Shown here: positions 53,087-62,207 of the stretch, piece by piece
Position numbering within the stretch: the first letter of the stretch is position 1
Layout: each line of letters opens with the position of its first letter
Position numbers and translations under genes: made by a program
NCBI RefSeq assembly: GCF_049075655.1
Contig: NZ_CP157522.1
Coordinates: 1,344,001-1,408,000, forward strand
Source of the DNA: Methanothermococcus sp. Ax23
GTDB lineage: Archaea > AGJL01 > Methanococci > Methanococcales > Methanococcaceae
DNA: 64,000 bases
Direction of reading: 5' to 3'
Notes under the pieces: generated by a model
Databases searched by the model: none
The model's input: only the letters and a program-made list of their open reading frames with translations
What the model was told of the DNA's origin: nothing

Positions 53087-53536
53087 ATGGATGATAATAT
53101 TTCCAATATTTTAAAAACCTTAGAGAAATATGATGTTAATATAGAAAATATGATAGATTGTGGAATGGAACTTTGTATTTCTGATGATGTTGAAAAAGAA
53201 AATATTAGAAAAAAACTTGAAGAAACAATTTTAAACAGCTTAAACAACCCTAATGTATCCACTCTAATAATAGGTGCTGTAAAACTTGAAGAGGAGGGTA
53301 TGAGGGGAAATTTACCGTTCAATTATGATGAAGACCCCAATTATATATATGTAGATGAAGTCATTGGTATGGCAATAGCCAACGAAATAGCCGGGACAAA
53401 GGCGATATTTAATTTTAGATGGTATGATGCAAAAAAACCCGGGATTGTGGGAATTCTCGACGAAAAAGGATATATATTTTTAGATGATGCCATCGCCGGT
53501 TTTATTGCTGGATGCATGTCAAAAGTCTTTGAATAA
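53087..53536 (+). CDS. cobZ: Alpha-ribazole phosphatase CobZ (PgpA-like)
   Basis: DPNYIYVDEVIG, IAGTKAIFNF.WYD.KKPG, FLDDAIAG. Confidence 0.8.
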   Translation: MDDNISNILKTLEKYDVNIENMIDCGMELCISDDVEKENIRKKLEETILNSLNNPNVSTLIIGAVKLEEEGMRGNLPFNYDEDPNYIYVDEVIGMAIANEIAGTKAIFNFRWYDAKKPGIVGILDEKGYIFLDDAIAGFIAGCMSKVFE

Positions 53537-53598
53537 GTTAAAATTCCATAAATACACTTAACAAAAAATTAAAAAAGGAAATGGAAAAATATAGACAT

Positions 53599-56500
53599 TT
53601 AAGGTTTTTCAACCTTTACTGCTTTTCCATCCTTCCATTCTACGAATATTGGTTCTGATGGAATGTCATCCAATGTTTTGAAGTATTCTACTGCTGCTTT
53701 TGTTCCCCATCTGTCAGAACCTGCTAATAATATTACCGTATGGCCGTTTATTATCTGTTTTTGAATTACTCCTTTATTTGCACCTGGGTAATCGTTGGTG
53801 ATTTTTACTTTGAATGTCCATGCGTATTTTTTAGCCAATGGGTTTGCCACAGGACCTCCAACTAAGATACAATCTTCGGTTATTTCCAATGATTTATTTA
53901 CTAATTCGGTGGTATTTTTAAGACATTTTGCTGATAGGTTGTTATCTATTTCTGAACCGATTATTAATTTTGCATTATGGACAATTTCTTTAATTTTCTC
54001 TGATTTGATGTCCTGTGCGACATCCAGATAGTTTATAGTCCCATGTCTAGAGCTTGATGATGTTGATATTGTGGTGGTTCCAGTAGTAGTTGGCAGTGTT
54101 GCAGCAAGTATAATATTTACTTCTGGGTCTTTGATTAAGGTTAGTTCCAACACTCCCTCAACAGGTATTCTATACCACCCGATCTTGCTGGTAATATCGT
54201 TTTCTTTCAAGGTTATATTTTCTGTTCCATTATTTACGATTATATTTTCAACATCCAAAGTTCCTATTGGGATTCTTATTATTGAAAATCCTTTTTTTGA
54301 GGTGTTTATTGCTTTGAATTTTATTGTAGATATTAATTTACTATTTTCTTTTTTAGCTTCTTCTTTTGTTATGTTTGTTATGTTAAATCCTTCATTTAGG
54401 ATTGGTTTAATCTCTGACAATATATTATCAAGTGTTTTATTCATCTCGTTTTCATCGTTAATTTTAGTGTTTTTAAGTTCGATGGCTTTCTGCATCACTT
54501 CTTTTAAAGTTTCAATATGTTCTCCAGTAAAGTTTATTGATATATTTTCAAGATGAGGTATCTCAATGCTGTCATTTTTTACAGGAATTACTGTAATATT
54601 AAGGTCATTTCCAGATATTACTTTTATATTATCCAAATCAACGTTCTTCAATGCCTCGGAGTCCATATTAATATTTTTCAATGCTTCTTTTAATTCTTCC
54701 CCCATAATTGTGTTGTTTATAAATATTTTCTTAAATATATAGCCTTCACAATCTGACAATACTGCATGTTTTAGTATTGCTGAATAGGTATCATTTTCAT
54801 TAATAACTTTGAATGTTACATTTCCAAGGTTAAATGTTCCAGATTTTGTGAAGTTATAACCACTTATAAATAGGCTGCCATTATTTACGCTCCAATTAAC
54901 TATGCCAATTCCACTTACATTTAAAATTTCGATATTTTTGAAGGTTATGTTAAAATCATAACCACTACAAGGTCTTTTAGAACTTATAGATTCTGCATCA
55001 ATGGATGCTACAATGGTTCCATTAGTTTCAGATATATTATATAATTTCAAATAAACAGGCACTTCAACAACTTTTATGTTTTTAACCAGTTTATTATCGC
55101 TTTCATTTTCTTCTTTGATAGAATTGGATTCATCAACCATTGTAACGATTGTATATGTTTTTGTGTCATCTGGTGTCCAGTTAAATGTTATTACTTTTGT
55201 TTCTCCAATATTTAATCCGCCTATTGTTTTTGTTCCCAAGTCATTTGAATCTATGTATAAATGGACATCAAACGACTTATTTGTTATATTCTGATGACCA
55301 TTGTTTGTTAATGTTATGTTTATTGTTGCCGGCATCCTATATATTGATGGATTTGAAATTTTCATGTCGATGATTTTAATGTTTGGTCCCTGAACTACAA
55401 CAGTTTTTGGATTGATAATTAGATTATTAAACTTGTATCCGTTTATGTCGGACACAACGACTCCATCTATCGCAATCTCTGAGTTTCCTACGTCCAATGC
55501 CTTAAAGGTTGCTCTTGCTATGGTTGTTGATGTGTTTATACTTCCATCCATTATACTGAATATGACCTTTCCATCTTCAAATGTTGTGTTTTTAAGTCCT
55601 TCTGACGAGTTTATTAAGAATGTGAAATTTGTGCATTCCAATATTTTTGAATCATAGGTTAAAACTCCGTCAATGCCTTTTGCAGGCCTATCTGCGGTAA
55701 TATTATTTAATGATATATCTACTGTAAATGTTTCGCCTGTTTTTGTTAAATTTATTGATGGGATTAAATTTAATGCGATAGGTTCTTCAACTGATTCAGC
55801 TGTTTTTGTGTATTGGTTATTATTTTCATTAGTTTCTTTTATTTCCCCATTTGAATCAACTACTGCAACAATTGTATAGTTTTTATTTTCTGTCGGCATG
55901 AATGTGAAGTTTATGGTTTTTGTTTCACCCACATTTAATCCTGAGATAGTTTTTGTTCCAAGGTCTTGGGCATCAATATACAATGCCACTGAAAAATTAT
56001 TTGAAACGTTTCTTTCGCCGATATTTTTAATTACAATTGGTATTGTATTCTCTTGATATGATTTTAAGTTTAATACTAAAATATCATTAATTGTTAAATC
56101 TGACCCAGGAATAATTATTTTGGTAATATCTGAACTTTTAATGACACTGTAATTTTCATTATCTTTGATAGTAACATCCTTCAACTGAGTTGTAGCATTT
56201 CCAACATTTATTATATTATAAGTAATATTTACTGTGAAATTTGTTGATTTATTAAGGTTCTCTATTTTAAAGAGGTCATTTGAAGTATTAAACGAAACAA
56301 CTCCTGCATTTGATGATATACCAACTGGTGTCATTATTGATTTATCGTAGCTCAGCGTTCCACTAATTTCACTTAGGGTTTCATTTTCTTTTGGAGATAT
56401 GATTATTGGAACAGTTATATTCTCTCCGAGCTCTCCACTTACAGTCGTAGGAGTTATTATATCTGCTATTGGTTTTAATAGTATTGTTATGTTTGAATTT

Positions 56501-56937
56501 TTTAAAGTTATGTAATATTTTACCCCATTGGCATCAGATACAGAAGTTTGAGTTAAATCTACTGAATCATTTCCATCCTTTAACGCCTTAAATGATAATG
56601 TTGCTACTGTGAAGTTACCATAGGGTTCATTAGACATCCACAATAAACTTATTTTTCCAGACGAAACATCGATATCCTTCAAACCAGCATTATTTGCAAT
56701 ATCACTTAACGTAATGTTCGTTAAATTCAAAATACTTGAATCATAAGATATAGTAGTTTCAAATCCACCACATTTTGTATCAGCAGGGACATTTTTTACA
56801 ACTAAATCTAAGTTGAATGTATCTCCAACATAGGCATTTATATTGTCGGGGGCTAATCCTACGGATACATTTTCTGCATAACACACTCCCAACAAAGAAA
56901 TCATCAAAACCGAGAGTGTAAATAACTTCCATTTCAT
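53599..56937 (-). CDS. Scaffoldin-like surface protein: signal peptide, 3-4 cohesins, 2 CARDB domains, Thr/Ser linker, C-terminal S-layer domain
   Basis: Cohesin pattern VGDTF..GFETTISYDSSIL..VATLSFKAL..SDANG repeated; CARDB VD...IKE.NE.NN twice; ILVGGPVAN...LAGSDRWGTKAA as in Methanococcales S-layer C-termini. Confidence 0.85.
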   Translation of the reverse strand: MKWKLFTLSVLMISLLGVCYAENVSVGLAPDNINAYVGDTFNLDLVVKNVPADTKCGGFETTISYDSSILNLTNITLSDIANNAGLKDIDVSSGKISLLWMSNEPYGNFTVATLSFKALKDGNDSVDLTQTSVSDANGVKYYITLKNSNITILLKPIADIITPTTVSGELGENITVPIIISPKENETLSEISGTLSYDKSIMTPVGISSNAGVVSFNTSNDLFKIENLNKSTNFTVNITYNIINVGNATTQLKDVTIKDNENYSVIKSSDITKIIIPGSDLTINDILVLNLKSYQENTIPIVIKNIGERNVSNNFSVALYIDAQDLGTKTISGLNVGETKTINFTFMPTENKNYTIVAVVDSNGEIKETNENNNQYTKTAESVEEPIALNLIPSINLTKTGETFTVDISLNNITADRPAKGIDGVLTYDSKILECTNFTFLINSSEGLKNTTFEDGKVIFSIMDGSINTSTTIARATFKALDVGNSEIAIDGVVVSDINGYKFNNLIINPKTVVVQGPNIKIIDMKISNPSIYRMPATINITLTNNGHQNITNKSFDVHLYIDSNDLGTKTIGGLNIGETKVITFNWTPDDTKTYTIVTMVDESNSIKEENESDNKLVKNIKVVEVPVYLKLYNISETNGTIVASIDAESISSKRPCSGYDFNITFKNIEILNVSGIGIVNWSVNNGSLFISGYNFTKSGTFNLGNVTFKVINENDTYSAILKHAVLSDCEGYIFKKIFINNTIMGEELKEALKNINMDSEALKNVDLDNIKVISGNDLNITVIPVKNDSIEIPHLENISINFTGEHIETLKEVMQKAIELKNTKINDENEMNKTLDNILSEIKPILNEGFNITNITKEEAKKENSKLISTIKFKAINTSKKGFSIIRIPIGTLDVENIIVNNGTENITLKENDITSKIGWYRIPVEGVLELTLIKDPEVNIILAATLPTTTGTTTISTSSSSRHGTINYLDVAQDIKSEKIKEIVHNAKLIIGSEIDNNLSAKCLKNTTELVNKSLEITEDCILVGGPVANPLAKKYAWTFKVKITNDYPGANKGVIQKQIINGHTVILLAGSDRWGTKAAVEYFKTLDDIPSEPIFVEWKDGKAVKVEKP
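56482..56874 (-). repeat. 393-bp cohesin-coding repeat, copy A (inverted relative to 59992-60384)
   Basis: Blocks of about 109 and 164 bp are nucleotide-identical to copy B, with a short divergent patch between them. Confidence 0.92.
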
Positions 56938-56975
56938 GATGTATCACCCAAAAAATCAAAAAATAATTAATTAAT

Positions 56976-58337
56976 TCAATTTGCAGTATATGCTGTTGCT
57001 GTTCCCGTATCTGGGTCATATTTAAGGAAGTAATGTGTAGTTCTTCCGCTGAATGCATCTGGGTGTATGATTGTTCCCAAATCCATCAACACCTGGTCAG
57101 TATTCATAAGTCCGAGTTGCCAGTAATCTTCACTTATACAGAATAATTTACCATTTTGAACTGATTTAAATGTGTCATATCCGGGATGGTCATCTTTGAA
57201 GTTTGATAGCCAGTTTGTATTTGATGGCACGACCCAAATATCAGCATTTTTTGCTCTCTCTGCAAATGTTTCATAGTCAATCTTTGCACTGCCTGTTCCA
57301 GGATAATCGCTAAATATATAATCCCCATGGCAGTCATCCATTATTCCCTTAGCTACATAGGATTGAGCCTTAGGCACATAGGTTCCACCATAGGATGGGT
57401 AATTTTTACCCCATGCAACTAGAACAGGTTCTTTACCTCTTGTTAATCTTCTAACATTTAATGCCTTCTTTTCAACCTTTGTGAAGTATTTGCTTGCCAC
57501 ATCCTCTTTGTTGTAAAATGCGGCAAACATCTTAACCCATTCACATCTTGAGATATATGAGTCTTCTAAATATTCTGCATCCGCAATATAGGTAATATTC
57601 AAATCTTTACATTTTGCAATAATGGCATCTCCACTGTATCCAGGATAAACGAATACAGCCTGTGGAGATATGTTTATTATTTTGTCATAGTTTGGACTGT
57701 ATGATGAACCAACATCAACTATGGAGCCGTTATCAAGCCCCTGTTTAATATCGTCGAAATACCACGTGTAGCTTCCGCCCCACATGATTCCTTTAACTGA
57801 ATCAATTACTGAACCGTCATTGTTCAATGGCTCCATTAATGCTATCTGTGTAGAGCTCATCACAACGACATTTGTTAATGGAACATCTAGGATTTTATCA
57901 TACTTTCCATCCGCCCAGGTTGGTATGGATTGAGATGCATTTTTTAATAAGAATTTCTGCCCTGTGGCATCTTCAACTATTTTATAGGAGTATGCATCGC
58001 CGTTGTATGGATTTACTTCATTTCCATTTTCGTCATAGTAAGTAATTTTTATGTCTTTGGCGTAGTGAATAGGTTCTCTCATTTTATCATAGTTTTTGAA
58101 GAGATAAACTACATCTGCAATATCTATTGAATTATCAGCGTTTAAATCTCCATCTTCAAGGTCGAGATTTCTATTTTTGAAGAGATAAACTACATCTGCA
58201 ATATCTATTGAACCATCTGCATTTACATCGCCTAATCTATGGTTGTAATCCCCATCTGCGAATGTTGGGGAAATACATATTAATAAAGATAATACACTAA
58301 GTATTATCATGGGATGAGTATTTATATTTTTCGACAT
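56976..58337 (-). CDS. Dockerin-fused ABC-type substrate-binding protein (BtuF/Fe-siderophore class)
   Basis: Signal peptide; GDVNADGSIDIADVVYLFK x2; VPLTNVVVMSST, EYLEDSYISRCEWVK..AAF, FKSVQNG, DLGTIIHP; no lipobox or TM anchor. Confidence 0.85.
   Translation of the reverse strand: MSKNINTHPMIILSVLSLLICISPTFADGDYNHRLGDVNADGSIDIADVVYLFKNRNLDLEDGDLNADNSIDIADVVYLFKNYDKMREPIHYAKDIKITYYDENGNEVNPYNGDAYSYKIVEDATGQKFLLKNASQSIPTWADGKYDKILDVPLTNVVVMSSTQIALMEPLNNDGSVIDSVKGIMWGGSYTWYFDDIKQGLDNGSIVDVGSSYSPNYDKIINISPQAVFVYPGYSGDAIIAKCKDLNITYIADAEYLEDSYISRCEWVKMFAAFYNKEDVASKYFTKVEKKALNVRRLTRGKEPVLVAWGKNYPSYGGTYVPKAQSYVAKGIMDDCHGDYIFSDYPGTGSAKIDYETFAERAKNADIWVVPSNTNWLSNFKDDHPGYDTFKSVQNGKLFCISEDYWQLGLMNTDQVLMDLGTIIHPDAFSGRTTHYFLKYDPDTGTATAYTAN
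58089..58232 (-). repeat. Dockerin duplicated F-hand repeat
   Basis: Two D-x-N-x-D-x-x-I-D-x-x-D Ca-loop plus helix units 81 nt apart. Confidence 0.9.
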
Positions 58338-58510
58338 ATTACATCACCCAAAAAGTTTTTAAAGTAATATTCTAATCATATATTGTATTTTATTTAATAT
58401 TATACAAGAAAAGTTTAAAAAAATTCATAATATTTATATATTACGGTTTAATTTATAATATATAAACATATGTTTAATATACTAAAAAATATTATATGAG
58501 TGGCGATATT

Positions 58511-59068
58511 ATGAAAAAAACTGTATTTTTTATTACCATATTCCTTCTATCAATCCCAATAGTATTGGCAGATGATGTAAATCTAAATGTAGATATGCCC
58601 AACAAGGTTAGTAAAGGAGATAATTTTACCATTAATATAGATGTTAATTTAAAAAATAAGGACATATTAGGTTTTGAATGCACAGTGAAAATTCCTATCG
58701 AAAAAGTTGATGATATAAAAATAACAGGCATTGCAGGAAATGAAGAACTAAAAAAAGAAGCAGGGAAATTTTACGAAATTAAAAAGAAAGATTCATCAGT
58801 ATCTATAAGATTTACCACTTTTGGAAAGCCATTAAATTCAGATTTTCATTTAATGACTATAAATGCAACAGCTTTAAAAGAAGGTAATGTGACATTTACA
58901 TTTAAATCGATAGCATCTGATGAAAATGGACATAGGATTCCAGTTGATAAAAAAACTACCGATTTGATAATAGTTGATAACAACAAAACAGTTGAATCCG
59001 ATGAAAATTTTTTATTATCAATAATTGATGCCATAACGAATTTTTTAAAATCCATACTTGGTGGTTAA
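58511..59068 (+). CDS. Single-cohesin secreted protein with amphipathic C-terminal helix
   Basis: Signal peptide; VSKGDNFTINI..ILGFECTV..LMTINATALKEG..ASDENG; FLLSIIDAITNFLKSILGG. Confidence 0.7.
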   Translation: MKKTVFFITIFLLSIPIVLADDVNLNVDMPNKVSKGDNFTINIDVNLKNKDILGFECTVKIPIEKVDDIKITGIAGNEELKKEAGKFYEIKKKDSSVSIRFTTFGKPLNSDFHLMTINATALKEGNVTFTFKSIASDENGHRIPVDKKTTDLIIVDNNKTVESDENFLLSIIDAITNFLKSILGG

Positions 59069-59938
59069 ATGAAAATAAATAAATTATTAATTATACCTAT
59101 TTTTTTGATATTATTTACTGAAAATTTTGCATTGGATGATATCATTGTGAAATTAACCCCTGATAACATAGAAACTAATGGAGATTTGGTAAATTTTAAT
59201 ATTACAGTTGAAAATATACCTCCAAAGGAAAGTTTAGGCATGCCATCATCATATAGTGACTCAGAAATAAAAGACGGTGGATGTCAAGGCGTGGATATTT
59301 GTATAAATTATTCGAAGGATTATCTAAGCCCCATTGGATTTAATTGGAGCGATAAGTGTAAGGATGTTAAAATAAAGGAATATAAATTCGAAGATGGAAT
59401 TTTTTATTTATCCATAATGTTTGATGAGATAATATATGATAATACCATAAACCTCGGGACAATAACCTTTAACCCCATAAAAAAAGGAGAAACTAACTTG
59501 AATGTTAGTGGTAAGGTGAGCTCCGAATGGGGCGTTAAATATGATAGTGATAATATGTATTGGCGTAACTATGGTGAAACATCACAATATAAAGAGCCTT
59601 ATCCTAACACTAAATTTTATGGCGCCACAGTAAATATTAAGGAAATAGGAAATTACACAGGTTCTGCTAATTTAAATGGAGAATTGAATGACAATATAGT
59701 TTCATCATCTTCGTCTTCATCGACAATAATTAACAATGTAAATGTAATCACAAACCAAAGTGTGCCTGAAATTATTGTAAAGGAAATAAATATTTCAGAG
59801 GAGAAGCCGAATATAACGGTTATAATAAACACTGATGGAAAAAATGGTTTAGATTATAATTTATTAGCGTCTATTTTTGTTGGAGGTATTTTTTCAGGAA
59901 TTACATTTGGATTATTATTTAGAAGGATGATACCATGA
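59069..59938 (+). CDS. Cohesin-domain protein with Ser-rich linker and C-terminal TM anchor
   Basis: GDLVNFNITVENIP..GCQGVDICINYSKDYL..LGTITFNPIKKG; C-terminal hydrophobic helix followed by RR. Confidence 0.72.
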   Translation: MKINKLLIIPIFLILFTENFALDDIIVKLTPDNIETNGDLVNFNITVENIPPKESLGMPSSYSDSEIKDGGCQGVDICINYSKDYLSPIGFNWSDKCKDVKIKEYKFEDGIFYLSIMFDEIIYDNTINLGTITFNPIKKGETNLNVSGKVSSEWGVKYDSDNMYWRNYGETSQYKEPYPNTKFYGATVNIKEIGNYTGSANLNGELNDNIVSSSSSSSTIINNVNVITNQSVPEIIVKEINISEEKPNITVIINTDGKNGLDYNLLASIFVGGIFSGITFGLLFRRMIP

Positions 59939-62016
59939 AATACATAATTTTATTTTTATCCTTTTTTGTTTTTCTATCAGGAGTATGTGGTGAAAATGTA
60001 TCCGTAGAATTGACCCCAGAGAGTATAAATGCCTATGTTGGAGATACCTTTAATTTAGATTTAGTTGTAAAAAATGTCCCTGCTGATACAAAATGTGGTG
60101 GATTTGAAACTACTATATCTTATGATTCAAGTATTTTGAATTTAACGAACATTACGTTAAGTGGTACATCCAATACTGCAAATTTAAAAACAGTAGATGT
60201 TTCATCTGGAAAAATAAGTCTATTGTGGATGTCTAATGAACCCTATGGTAACTTCACAGTAGCAACATTATCATTTAAGGCGTTAAAGGATGGAAATGAT
60301 TCAGTAGATTTAACTCAAACTTCTGTATCTGATGCCAATGGGGTAAAATATTACATAACTTTAAAAAATTCAAACATAACAATAAATCCATTAAACCAGA
60401 CCTTAGGAACCATTACATTAAAAGATTTTGACCTGAATAAAAATATTGATGCAGTTTTATCCATAACTGGGGCAAAAACTCCTATAAAGAATATTTCAGG
60501 TAGCATTTCATTTAAAAATATAACAATAGAAAACAGCCCTACCCTAATGGACATATTTTGTAATAATTTCAGCTATACCATATATAATAACAATATTTCA
60601 TTTTTTATCATTCCAAATGAAAAGGATGAGAATAAAACCATATTCAATCTTTTAAAAATACCAGTAAATGTCAATAATGCTAACTATAACATTTCAATGA
60701 ATTTAACGATAAATGGAGAGCAGATTAAGAACATAACAATAAAAACAGAAGAAGAACAGGAAAATATCTCAGAGTATAAGGGATTAATGTTCTACGTAGA
60801 TTCTGGATACAATGAAGAAACAAATATCTCAATAGGCTACTCAAAAGAAATTAAGTTAAAAGTATGCAATATTGACAAAAATTTGACAAATTTTTCAGGA
60901 TATCTCTTCATAAATAATTCATTATTTGATGTTTCAGATTATGGAATTTCAGAATATTCTGACATATATGATAGAATAAACACTTCAAATATTACCTTTA
61001 ATAACAGCTACCTGTATTTCAACATTTCACTAATAAACGGAACAAATGGGACATTTAGTATTTTAAAGTTTAAATTGTCTCCAAAGATTAATGAAAATAT
61101 TTCTTCAATAATATATCTTGAAAATCTATCTATATACGCAAATGATACAAAAATAAACTTATCAGTTAAAAATTTAACAGTAAATATTGTAAAGAGGGAA
61201 TCCAATAATCCACCAAAATTAAAAATAGCCTACAAAATAGTTAATAACAAAGAAGTGCATTTTTATGCCTTAGGTTATGATGAGGATAACGACGATTTAA
61301 AATATGTATGGGATTTTGGAGATGGGAAAAACTCAACAGAGGAAAATCCAATTCATATATATTCAAATTATTCAATATATAAAATAAGATGTATTGTTAA
61401 TGACCCATTAAATGGAACAGACGAAGTGGAAGGAATTATCTCCATTAAAAATATTAATCCAGTAAATTATACAATTTCCAATGATTCCTTCATGCTGGAC
61501 AAGGAAAATGAAAATAAAACCATTTATTTAAATATAACCTTAAAAAATCCATTAAATTATAAAGTTGATGGGTATATCAATTTTATGGATTACGGAAATA
61601 ATTATCATCCGCCAAAAACCCAGTATCACATTATATTAAATCCAAATGGAACAAAAAATCTTATTATTCCAATAAATGTGTCAAAATCATGCAAAATTAA
61701 ATGGAATGTTGTTTATTATCCAAATATACGAAATAACGCAAACAGCAAAATAGATATCATATTCTATCAGTGGGATTTTGAAAAAAAGATAGAATTTAAA
61801 TCCAAACCACCGATGGTAATAAACAATTATACAAAAGTCATAAACTTCAACAATACAAAGGTAATATTGAAGGTAAATAAAGTTGAGACCGTTAGGAACT
61901 ATGTTATAAACAAAACCATAACAACTACAAGTCAAAACTCTATACCATACTATTCATTTGCGTTATTATTTGGATTTATAGTGGGAGTAATATTAATTAG
62001 ATTTAAAATTAAATAA
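59935..62016 (+). CDS. Membrane-anchored scaffoldin-like protein: cohesin(s), PKD domain, C-terminal TM
   Basis: First cohesin nearly identical to that of 53599-56937; PKD YVWDFGDGKNSTEENPIHIY; C-terminal TM plus basic tail; many N-x-S/T sequons. Confidence 0.85.
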   Translation: MKYIILFLSFFVFLSGVCGENVSVELTPESINAYVGDTFNLDLVVKNVPADTKCGGFETTISYDSSILNLTNITLSGTSNTANLKTVDVSSGKISLLWMSNEPYGNFTVATLSFKALKDGNDSVDLTQTSVSDANGVKYYITLKNSNITINPLNQTLGTITLKDFDLNKNIDAVLSITGAKTPIKNISGSISFKNITIENSPTLMDIFCNNFSYTIYNNNISFFIIPNEKDENKTIFNLLKIPVNVNNANYNISMNLTINGEQIKNITIKTEEEQENISEYKGLMFYVDSGYNEETNISIGYSKEIKLKVCNIDKNLTNFSGYLFINNSLFDVSDYGISEYSDIYDRINTSNITFNNSYLYFNISLINGTNGTFSILKFKLSPKINENISSIIYLENLSIYANDTKINLSVKNLTVNIVKRESNNPPKLKIAYKIVNNKEVHFYALGYDEDNDDLKYVWDFGDGKNSTEENPIHIYSNYSIYKIRCIVNDPLNGTDEVEGIISIKNINPVNYTISNDSFMLDKENENKTIYLNITLKNPLNYKVDGYINFMDYGNNYHPPKTQYHIILNPNGTKNLIIPINVSKSCKIKWNVVYYPNIRNNANSKIDIIFYQWDFEKKIEFKSKPPMVINNYTKVINFNNTKVILKVNKVETVRNYVINKTITTTSQNSIPYYSFALLFGFIVGVILIRFKIK
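59992..60384 (+). repeat. 393-bp cohesin-coding repeat, copy B
   Basis: Reverse complement of 56482-56874 with mosaic identity. Confidence 0.92.
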
Positions 62017-62207
62017 TTATTTTTTAATATTTTTTATACATACTCAAATATTAATTAAATAAAAATAATTTTTTTAATATATTTAATACCAGTTTAATAA
62101 TTATTTAAAATTGAATGGTAAATTTTAAATACTATTTTAATTACTATAATATTACTATAATATAAATATTTAATTAATTATTACCAATTAGATAAAAAGG
62201 TGTTATT

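Noticed and set aside
58089-58232. Direct repeats of about 35-40 bp spaced 81 nt apart, superficially CRISPR-like
   Set aside because: Only two units, in frame, encoding the dockerin duplication
58463-58476. Perfect palindrome TAAACATATGTTTA in the scaffold divergent promoter; similar AT-rich dyads at 26530-26561 and 63550-63561
   Set aside because: Could be operators, but such dyads arise easily by chance in very AT-rich spacers; unsupported without comparative data
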